Shown: positions 40,401 through 52,400 of the stretch, piece after piece | Layout of the letters: each line of letters starts with the position of its first letter | Numbering within the stretch: the first letter of the stretch is position 1 | NCBI GenBank assembly: GCA_024679065.1 | Contig: JAGIQG010000016.1 | Coordinates: forward strand, 13,330,001 to 13,394,000 | Direction: 5' to 3' | DNA from: Sphyrna mokarran | Lineage: Eukaryota | Length of the DNA: 64,000 nt | The notes under the pieces: model-generated | What the model was told of the DNA's origin: nothing | The model's input: the letters and a program-made list of their open reading frames with translations, nothing else | Database searches by the model: none | Program-made: the position numbers and the translations under genes

Positions 40401-43400
40401 TATGCACATTATGTGTTTATAGAAAAACGAATCATGGCATTCCATTGTTTCATAACCGAATTGAATCATCGAACATGCTATTTAAATTTGGTGTTTTGGA
40501 AGCTGAAGACTGTCCCATCAATGATTAGATTTACATATGATAAGAATGTGCGCTTAACTGACTTTGCGATTCCGCTCAATCGTTCTGCAAGATCATTCGT
40601 AATCCAATTGTAACTTCAACATCGCATTCCCGCCAACCATCGCTGACCGTTCACACCCTTGTTAATCACACATCCAAAGCAAATTTGCCGACATAAATTC
40701 AAACTCTCCTTATTTTATACTTGCAGAAAGAGCGCCCAGAACCCAACATCATTGAAGCGAGATGAAAAATAGTATTTTAGAAATGTGCAGCATCGTGTTA
40801 AATAAGGGAAACTACCTATTCATATAACCTGGCAATATCTTCCAGGATGTTGATTAATTTGAATTCGTAATTACAGTTACGAATTAACAAACAGTTAATT
40901 CGTAACTCTAAAGCACATTTACGAATTAGCAAACTGCCTTTTACTAAAAAGAGATTATATTACAGGTTTAACTATTATCCATAAAGATGCTAGTTATCCT
41001 CCCTCAATGATAACTTTTACATTTATTTTCATGTACGGATCTAATCCTGGACTATCTTTCTGTCCAACATAGGCTTCCACGTTGAGATTAGGAAAGCCAG
41101 TGGAAATAATTTTGATGAGAATTAGATGTTCGAGAAATCATGTTCTCAAATGAATTATTATTTAATTGAATAGTTAAAGACGAGATGAATAAAGAGAATG
41201 AAGGTAAGCAATCAATGAGATTTCAGGACAATGTTTGGCCATTCCATCTAAGAGTCAAACTGGAAAGAAGCCTAAAATTATGTGGGCACGGGACTGAATG
41301 CGAATCGTGTCATTATTTTGCCAATTGCTTCATTGCAGTTTCCCAGCAAGCGAACTTTTTTTTCACAAATTGTAGTTTCCTGCAATTCAGCCAGTAAATC
41401 CAAACCAATATCTCTTCAAATTTTCTCTTCAGCAATGGCGTGTGCCATATTTTCTGAAGTCTCTTAAGAACTGCAATTTGGCATTTTGTGTCACCAGTGC
41501 ATGCCTTTGCGATGGGTTCGGCTCTTTAGGTTACATAGAGAATGAAATTTGAGATGTACTTCGTATTTTAAGCAAAGAGACTACAATATAATATTTTTTC
41601 CTGCAGGTTATGTTTGCTGCCTGGCTTGGTAGGACTGGCGCCACTGTCTGCTGCACATTCTGTCCAACAACTTTCCGCATCTTCCCTCATTCACGCAATC
41701 ACCACGCGATCACCTCAATTTTCAAAACTGCAGTTATTGGATGAAATAATTTTATTAGATTTAAAAATGAGAATTAATGTTTCGAAGCGTCCATCATGAA
41801 AACAGCAACGCTTATTGGTTTTCATCGTTCAAGGACTATGTTTATGATACATGAGAAGAGTGCCATCATTTCCCCAATGAAGAAATAAATTGTTGCATCT
41901 TGTACATAAACATGCCACGTTCGTAGAAGAAATATTCAGAGCCAATTATTCTTCCCCATACTTACGTTGCAGCTTGGCTTTCGATTTCCATACCGAAGTG
42001 GATTAAAGTGACTGCTTTCCCATCCATGGATAATGGATCATTTCAAAAGCCGTTGTCAATATTTTTCTTCATTTCAGATATTACCGATGCCAACAAAATG
42101 TTGAAAGAAGCAGGTCTGAAAATACATCTTGATATTCGGGACTTCAACACCATCAATTCACAACATTTACACTGTCATATTCTTGCCTAGCTCTCAACTT
42201 CCCGGAAGTTCAATATGGGTGCTTACAGTGTCAGCAAACCGATTTGAGGAGCAGCGAACACATTATTGCCAGTTCTTTGAAAAGTTATAACACATCCAAC
42301 AGAATTGTGCTGATCCAAGGAATACATGATTTCTCTAGTGATATTTTAATGTTCATTAGTACGATGCCATAACCAAATGAATACGCCGTAGATACATGTT
42401 TGAAGGAAAGCACAACTTCCTCTTGATCAAACATGAAAAAGGTAACATGAAATCTATAAATGCGATTGTCGGGAATGAAGCACAATGCAAGATAAACGAA
42501 TCAGCAAGAACAGTAACCAACATGCCACACCCATCCTTTACTGCCACGTAATCAGTTGATGGCTGATCTCACGCTGTACTCAACTTCACTGAACTGATTT
42601 CACTACATTTCCTTTTTGGCTCCCGTTCCTATCTAAAATATATCGATCTATTTTTTAAACAAAACTCAACTCCCCCGCCTCAACACTCGCCGTGTTGGGG
42701 AGTATAACTGCAAACGCACACTGTGCTATGTGAGAAACATCACTACCGCGTGCATGTATATTTCGGAAGTTCCCGACTTCCAAAGTGGTCTGGCTCCATC
42801 AACTCATATGGTTGTTTGCATTCTCCTCATTGCCGAGACATTTCAGCTGCCTATGTATTTAAGACATAATGGGCCCGCTTTTACCATATCGATTCTAAAT
42901 GCTGAACCTAGCGTGATTCAGATCCGAATTGAAAAAAACCTGATCTCATTCACCCCAATAATCCCTCAGTCTGAAAAAAAAAAGTCGCGAATCCAAACAG
43001 TGCTGAGGGTGGGGCTTATCCCACCGAAACGCGCTGCGATCGGACTTTCCAACTGTGAGATCAGAGTGAATAAATGTTGAGAAACGCTCCCCTTCCACCA
43101 CCACCCCACCATCCCACAGCCCCCCTCTCCCCCTCCACATCCATCCCTCCTCCAAAAAGCGTATAAAGTAGCTCGGAAGGATGGGCCCATTAGCCATTGC
43201 ACGATCCCACAACATAACTATTCCCCTCGGTAGCCAGACTGATCACCAAACCTTGCCCCTCAAGCAGTCGCTCGCGGACAGGCAGCAGACCCCTTTTTCC
43301 CCACCACTGATCGCCTGATCTCTCGCAGGGTGGCAACCGAAACCCCCGCTCCCTATTTCATCCCTCCTCAACACAGGTCCATCTGTCCTACCTCTCTGCA

Positions 43401-46400
43401 CCAGAAAACGATTGGCCTCCCCCCACTCCGTAAACAACAATATGGCCTCCCTCCTGCCACCCCCTCCCCCTAACCAGAGAATACCGTGGCCTGCATCCTC
43501 CCCCATCAGAGATAGATCTGTCGTGCATCATTCCCCACCCTTCCCCTAAGTATAGAACGATTCTGCCTCATCTCCCTCCCTTGAAATCGCACCCAAAAGT
43601 CCTCTCCCACACAACAGGAAGTGTTCTGGCCCCCTTATCTACCCGCAACCTACCCACACCCCAGCTCCCACCGTTTCCCACAGCCAATCTGCGTTATAGA
43701 GCCCCTGGAATCTTCTTGACCTCCTTCTCGACCTTCCAATTTTCAGTTCAGCTTTGAATATTCAGGCCAAGCATTTGTTTTCACTCTTCATCGAATTATC
43801 TGCAATAGTTCTCTGGTAAACCAAATCTCTCTCTCTCTCTTTCTCTCTCCCTTTCTCTAGACCAACATAAATGTGTTGATCTCATTGCTTGTCATAGTGA
43901 TATGCCAATATAGTTGTTTTATATCATTTGCAATATGAAACCTTATCGGTTTTTACGTATCTCTGGTTTTAGGCTCTGTCCTGTCGTGTCATTTTACGAT
44001 TGCAATTGAACGTCTTAATGCCACCTTAAATGGTATTTCCTTTTCTGCCTTATTTTTTTCACCTTTTCCCTCAATTGACATTTCAACTCCAACGATTACT
44101 TTAATATGCACTGTAATGCTCCCATAATGCAATTTTCCAGAGCATCTAAGTACATTTCACGTAAAAAAAAAAATCTTTACATTTCGTCCCATTACTGCCA
44201 TGGTCCAGAAATGGCAAATTATTTATCCCACACCCTTATTGAAGCGAACCCAATTCACTTATGTTACATCAATTTGGCTGCAAGCAAGTACTCTGATCAA
44301 TTTCACCAGGAGGTTCATAAATGATTTTGCATTGACTCTTATTGAACATAGAACATAGAACAGTACAGCACAGTGCAGGTCCTTCCGCTTATGATGTTAT
44401 GCCGAGCATTGCCCGAAACCAAGGGCAAGCTATCTCACTCCCTATCATTCTGGTGTGCCTGTCTAATAATCGCTTGAAAGTTCCGATTCACTATCACAGC
44501 AGGCAGTCCATTTCATACCTCAACCACTCTCTTAAAAGAGAACTTACCTCCGATATCTCTCCTATATGCCGCCTAGTAGAACATAGAACATAGAACATTA
44601 CAGCACAGAACAGGCCCTTCGGCCTTCGATGTTGTGCCGACCAAAATAAAAAGCAATGCCCCTCCAAACTAAACCATTCCCTTCTCTTCCATATACTTAT
44701 CAATTAACCTCTTAAACGCCACCAAACTTGGCGCATCTACAACAGCTGCAGGCAGGGCATTCCACTCCCTAATCACTCTTTGAGTAAAGAACCTACCTCT
44801 GATATGCGTCCTATAACTCATACCCCTTAATTTAAAGCTGTGTCCCCTCGTGCTAGCTTTCTCCATCCTAGGAAAAAGGCTATCACTGTCCACCCTATCT
44901 AAACCTCTAATCATCTTATATGTTTCAATAAGGTCCCCTCTTAGCCGCCTCCTTTCTAACGAAAACAACCTCAAATCCCTCAGCCTCTCTTCATAAGACC
45001 TGCCCTCCATACCAGGCAACATCCTGGTAAACCTCCTCTGTACCCTCTCCAATGCCTCCACATCTTTCTTATAATGTGGGGACCAGAACTGCACACAATA
45101 CTCCAAGTGCGGCCGCACTAGAGTTTTGTACAGTTGCAACATGATGCTGCGGCTCCTAAATTCAATCCCCCTACCAATAAAAGCTAAGACTCCATATGCC
45201 TTCTTAACAACTTTATCCACTTGACTGCCTACTTTCAGGGATCTATTGACACATACACCAAGATCCTTCTGTTCCTCAACACTATTAAGAGCCCTACCAT
45301 TAGCCCTATACTCTACACATTTATTGTTCCTGCGAAAGTGCATTACCTCACACTTTTCCACATTAAACTCCATTTGCCACCTCTCGGCCCAGCTCTGCAA
45401 CTTGTCCAAGTCACAAATAACAAGTAATTCAACTTCAAGTCACTTCAGTAACACTTCAGTAAGTCACTTCAAGTAACAGCTACATCACTCGTGGAACCAG
45501 TTTCTGAACGTCTATTGCATCTATGTCCTCATCATCTTAAAAACCTTTATTAAATCGCCTCTCATCCTTTTCTGTTCTAAAGCGAAACCCCCTGGTTGTC
45601 TCAATCTTGCCTCATAATACCTACTCCACAAACCAGGAAATATCCTGATAAATCTCCTCTGCACTCACTCCAATTCGTCCACATCTTTCTTATAGTGAAG
45701 TGACCAGAACTTCATATAATGTTCCGAATGTGTATCTCACTAAATGCATTCACGCAAATTGTCATTATTTATCGACCATTTTTCCCTTGAATGCTTTCAT
45801 TCAATGGGAGCAAGAAAGTTTATCATCTGCTCAACAATACTGCTGTAACTTGTTACTTCCGCAAACTGTTTCGGAAATTGCAAATGTTGATTCTCTTTCT
45901 TTTCTACTTTCGCCAGCGGCTTATCGGCTTTCTGTTAGCTTCCTTTGCCCAACGATATATTTAGCAAAGCAAATTTGATGAGGAGTTGCTGGAATTCAAT
46001 TGAAATTCACCTGCAACACGCCATGGAAAAAAGGGCTGAAAAAAACGCTGCAAAAGCTCAGCAGGTCTGACAGCGTCTGTGGACAGAGCGAACAGCCAAA
46101 GTTTCGAGATCAGATGCTCCTTCGCCAGTGCTGAAAGGAATGAAACTTCAGCAGAGATTTATATGTATGTCGTGTTTATTAAGCGATCTGAATGAGTGAT
46201 TTGTAAAACAAAAGTACAGTTTGGTAAAGGCCAGCCAAAGGAATGAGGCAATTGGCCTAAAAAAGCTGGGATAATGGAGGGGAGGGATGGATGTGGGGGC
46301 AGACTGAGTGGAGTGGATTGAAGGGCGGGGAAAAGTGAGAGCGATAAAATGCAGGACGAGATGCAATGAAATGAAACACAACAAACAGAAATCGGATGTA

Positions 46401-49400
46401 AGGGAGAGTTCATGTGCTGAAATAGTTGAACTCAATGTTCCGATTGGAAGGCTGTAAAATACCTAAGAGAAAGATAAGATGTTGTTCCTCCAGTTTGTGC
46501 TGCGGATCGACACAACATTGCAAAATGTCAAGGACGAACGTTAGGCCGAAGGCTAAGGTGGTGTGTTGAAGTGTTCTCCTACCACTTTCTTTAACCAACC
46601 GCCGCAGTACTCAGGCACTCCTTTACAAATTTGCACTTTTGTTTGGCAACTCGCGCATTCTGATCACTTAATGTACATTTCCAAGGTTTTTTTTTTAATT
46701 TGCCCTCTCCATGCTCATTTATATTTCTTTTGTCCAGTTTCACCAACCCTCCCGACCATCATAATATAAATCTGCTGACTCTTTTTTCGTTCCATCTCCG
46801 ACGAAGAGTCATCTGGAGTCCAAACTCTGTCTCTACTCGCTCCCACAGATGCTATCAGGACTGTTGAGATTTCCCAGCTCTTTTCGAATTTGATTAACAT
46901 TTCTGCACTCGGTACCCTTTGTGTTTTTTTTGGAAATAGAGGAAAATAGTCGTCCCTAAAATAGGCAGCCACGTGCCAACGCCCACAACAGTTGGTATTT
47001 TCATCGTGGATTTCCAGGAAGTTTCAAGGAATTAATTACTACGCGTCATTATGTTGGAAAATGATATATTTTAGAACTCGTATCTTCGGCATTATATTTT
47101 ATTCATCCTGAAAAGCAAACCAGATTTAGCAATTCATTTTACGTCTTTATAAGCATTTTTTCTGTCCATATTGAGGAAATAATGCATGCACGGCTTGAAG
47201 AATTAAAGATGTTTCTTTATTTTGAGCAGAAGAAAAGCTAAAATCAACAGAAGAAGGTATACGAGTTTTCATTGTTTTTATCAGTAATACGCACGAATCA
47301 ATTGTGGTGAATACATAGAAATGATCTCCGTTTGATAATCTGACTTCAAAAGAGAGGTCAGAAGGAGAATTAGCCCAACAATCTAAGTGAATTTCCGCAT
47401 GCCTTGACTAATGTTCGAAGTGCCGAATATTTAGTAATGCTTAAATATTTATTTTCACGTATTCTGCCGCGAACGGGCAACGCATCGTATGACACAACTT
47501 CCGAATGTTCGGTGTTCCCTCTAAGTTGACGACTTACCAACCGTTGGAACCGATGACTAATTACATTAATGTCATCTAAAAGTGTTCGGCCATCTGCTCC
47601 ATGGCACGTTCAGAATCCAGAGGCAAAGTGATCAGAAATTGATTATTAAGCTTCTTCAACGCACGCATCACGTATCTGTTTTTGATTGCAGTCGAATTTA
47701 GAGATTTGTGCTCGAAAAAAAATCAATGATGAGGCTTAATTTTAAAAGGGCACTGTTATCCTGCGCGTTTTTTTTTCGTGCAGCAACATTTTGCACCTTG
47801 AGCGTCGGCCTCGTCATACTGCAATGAAAAAGGCACGGACACATTGCGGAGGCTGTAGAGACCTGCGTATGGAGAATCTGATACGCCTGCGGATATCGAA
47901 ATCACGCCACGAATTATAAGGTAGATTTGAAGGCAGTGATTGAAATGCGTTTATTTTCACGAGAATGTCATGTCCTTTATCAGAAATAAAATGCCATTAA
48001 GTTTTTTTTTTAATAAGATGCAACGTTTTGCGAATGACTTAGTATTGTTTCTCTTAGTAAATATAAGAAGCAATGTCCCTTATATCTTGCAAACTGATAA
48101 ATTAGAATGTTTGTATCATAAGAAAGGCTGGTCTGTTGGACAATTACCTTAGAATCATGACATTCTGACTGTGCAAAGGGAAGTTACTCTCACCATACAA
48201 TTCGCACCAGCTAGCAGATAGACTGTCTTAACCAGGTGATTTTCCTAGTGTATCCCGTAACCAGAATATTCACCATGAATACTCTATGTAACCTTCTATT
48301 ACGCGAATGCAACATGGGCAACACATGTTGGACTGATAGAAGAACTCAAGCAGAAACGGGGTGACGGTGCAAATTCCCTCCAGGCACAACCCGAGGCCAG
48401 AATCAATTTTGTATCCTTGGGCTCGTGAGACAGCAGCCTTCAACACTATTATTCCTACGAAACTCATCTGGCCTGGACCTCGGCAAACTCCGTGGCCTGT
48501 GCCTGGGTACCTCCCTCTGCGTCTGGATTCTGAACTTCCAACTCACAGACAATAATCAGTAAGGATAGGTAACATCACCTTCTCTACGATAATCTTCAAT
48601 ACCAGAGCCCCAGAAAGCTGTGTTCCCAGGCCCCTACTACATTCCTTGTACACCTATGACTGTGTGGCCAAATTCTCCTTCAATTCGATTTTTGCTGAGG
48701 ACAGCATGGTAGTGGATCTGATCTCAAACAATGAAGGGACAAAGTATAGCAATGACAAAGGAGAATCTAATGAACTGATGTGGCAACCATGATTTCTCCT
48801 TCAATGTCAACAAAACTAAGGAGATTCTCATCGACTTCAGGAAGCGGAAAGGAGAACATTCACCTATCTACATCAGAAAGGGTTAAAAGCTTCAAAGTTT
48901 TCGGTGTCCAGATCACCAAAATCTTGTCTTGGTCCTCCCATGCCGAAAGCCCACTTTACTTTCTCAGAAGACTAAATAAATTTGGCATGCCAGTTATGAC
49001 TCTCGTCAACTTTAACAGATGCACCATAAAAAAAAATGTTTCTGGTTATATCACAGCTGTCTATAGCTCGTGTTCTGCCCAAGACCGCAAGAAACTGCAG
49101 AAGTTCGTGAAGATATCCCAATCCATCACGCAAAACATCCTCCCAACCAGTCACTCTGTCTACACTTGCCAACTGTAAGATAAAAAAAAGACAGCATAAT
49201 AAGGACCCCACGAGCCCAGATATTTTCTCTTTGAGCTTTTTCATTCGAAAAAAAAGTATAAAAGTCTGAGGTCGGGTATCAACTCACTCAAGAACATTTC
49301 TTCCCCGCTGCTGTCAGACTTTTGAATGGACTTACCTTGCAATAAGTTGAGCTTTCTTTACATCCCAGCTATGAATGTAACACTACATTTTGCTCTGTCT

Positions 49401-52400
49401 CGTTTTCCATTCTATGAACGACATACTTTAGCTGTTTCGCGTGCAAGAAACCATACTTTCCCCCGTATACGTGCGACAATAATAAATCAAATCAATTCAA
49501 AAATAATCGTTGTGCCACTGAGCTGCCATAAGAAGCAGTGCCACCGCTAAGAGACTGAAATGCGGAACTTCTTGCTTCACAGGAAATAAATGAAGTAACT
49601 GCATCTGATGGCCTGAAAAATAGTACTGACAACGTAATGCAAGACATTTTATTTACCAACTGGTTAAGCCAATTCGCAACAGGTTTTTTGAAGATTCTGG
49701 AATTCGTGAATGCGAGCGATTCAAGAAATAGCTTGTGTTTTTGGTTCACAGAGAGAAACATCTTTCCTGAAAATGTTATGAAGCAGAAATAAATTTAGAC
49801 ACCCAAGACCAAAAAAAAAATGTAATAAAATCAGGTTGGACAGTGGACCATTACGTTTTACCACTGAATAGCAGGCGACATAGCATGGGTGCATAACGGG
49901 AAGCAGCTGAAAAATAAGTCTGAGGGACGTGGCATAATGGTCAAAGCTGACACGTTTTGGAATACTCTGCCAGAGAAAAAAAATCCCAGATAATGGAAAG
50001 TGACTGCAAGCTCCACAGGACAGTTGAAATAGTTAAAGTTGGAACGTCGTACTGTGTTGCTGGAAACCTCGGACCTCGGAAGGAAACACTCGCTGTTATT
50101 GGGAAAAAAAAATCTCATAGGCTGCCGAGCAGTCTCATGAAGTCTGAATCATTATTTCCTCAGCAATCAAATGCGCAATCTATGCTTTAAACTTGCGCAA
50201 TTCTCTGAGATTCACTGCTTTCTTCGTGGTGGTATTAACACGTCGTTAGGAAAAGAAACAACGAAGTTATAATCCGATGTTCCTTCCAACTGCTTCCCTT
50301 TTAGTCATAGTATTTGATTTCGCTGTATTAACGCAGCTGGAGAGTGGCGTGACAGAAAATTGTTTCCACACCTGCTGTATCCAAAGGCGCGGTTGAACAT
50401 AAAGAACTTGCATTGATTTGACTTATCAATGTCGCATAGATTTGCGTCCAAAGAAAGATGAATATTTTGTGCGCTTTAGAGACAGAACATACTGTTCGTA
50501 GAGTATGTCGGGAAGTAGGAAAAGAAAGAGTTGAGGACATATTGTTACAGGCATACTAAAGTTGCAAAGAAAATAAATTCATATTTGGCAATCATTACGA
50601 TGTCTGAAGGCAGCAGAGGCGAAGTTGTTCTTGAGTCCGTTGTTTCTGATCTCCGAGTTTTATAACATTTTTTTTCCAGGCAGAAGAAAGTGGAAGATAG
50701 TATATTGGGGGGTGCACGGGCCATTGAATGAGCCGGCTGCTGTTCTGAGACAGAGGGAAATACAGAAAGATTCCATGAATGGGAGGCTAGTACGCGTGAT
50801 AGTCTAGGCTTTGTTCACAGTAGTTTCATGCGTTCTTGGACAGAGCAGGAGCTATACCAAATTGCGATGTGCCTAGAAATGATGCATTCTATGGCGCATC
50901 TGTGCAAATTACTGAGAGTTATAGCGGATATCCCAAATTCCGTTCGCCTCCTGAGAATGTAAAGGCTTTGGCGGACTTTGGCGAGCCCACTAACTCGAAA
51001 TATGCCCGTCGGAGATTCTTCGGCTCCTCATACAAACAATAAATAACTTTCTTAATGGGATACTTCCATAACCTTTTTGTTTGCCGGTAAACCTGGAGCA
51101 AGGCCACAGTCTAATGGTTTGATTTACTCAAGTGTGGACGAGCGAAACAGTGGTACGCATGGATGATGTCTGTATAGCAATGATCGGAGATGTTTGGATC
51201 TCATCTGGAGCACTGAATATGTTCAGAGTATCTTAGAAAGGTACTGTTGAAATTGGCCTGGCCGGATTCCCCAGCCGTGAACACAAAGACCTTCGAATAT
51301 TTTGTCCTAAGGCTATAAGTGCTAATGTATATTTCATTAAGCGCGGTCTTCACGTCCAGGTGTGGCGGGATGGAAACTGTTGTGAAGATAGCTAATGTGA
51401 AGTTGCTCAGAAGGTAGTAGGGGCGGCATTTCAGCGTCCAGTATTGTAAGTCAGGGGAGCACAAGCCCGCCAGTGTCCTCATGCCAAAACACCAAGAGGA
51501 GTTGATTAGAAGGCAAAGCCAACCTCACCTACCATAGTTTCAGGTCACTGTACGATCGATGCTGTTTATTGAAAAGCTCTCTGATTGCAGCCAGAATGTG
51601 GTGAAGTAGGAGTGCCTAAGTCTCTTTTAAACGCAGCGCACGGTCGTCTCTCAGCTTCTTTCGAAAGACGAAACTGGTTTTATTTTCATCTAACTTTTTT
51701 TGTAGAGTTTGGATACTTACCATGAGTAACAGCTGAAGAAGGAGTTGGGAACGTATTGATTTCACTGTCACTTACACGGCTGCGCGATATCTGGAATGGT
51801 TGTTTGTTTTAATGCCTGAGGTGGGATATGACTGTTATGCAGTTTCAAATTGTGTATGGTTCACCAGTGAGGTTCTTCACTTTTTTTCGGGTTAGTATGG
51901 ATGATTCAGAACATGCGATGAATCGGCATATAGATATTGATTCGGTGTATCAACCGCTGCGCAGGAAAGAACTGAATAATCGGAGCACTCAGCACTAAGA
52001 TTCAAACCGACCCGCAAGGCGATCAAGGGACAAGATCGGATGCAGATGCAACAATTCCAGCAAATCCCAAAAAGCAACCAATCAAATTTCAAGACAAGGA
52101 CCTCGAATGAACTAAAAAAGATTCACAGAGAGATCAAACAACCAATCAAAGTGGAGCATGGTCACTGAAATGATGGAATCACAACACAACAAGTTCAACA
52201 ATTAATTAATCAAATAGGACTAGGGTCATTACAATTAACCAATCAAAAGCAAGTAGATTTACTACTGTTCAATTTGCTATATAAACGTAGGTACTATGCA
52301 GGAACACACCCACAGCTAAGCACCGACGATGTTTCCTCGTTTGGTGACGAAACGTCTGCAAGCCAATTGCCAAGCTCGGCGAACACAACAACAGATGGAA

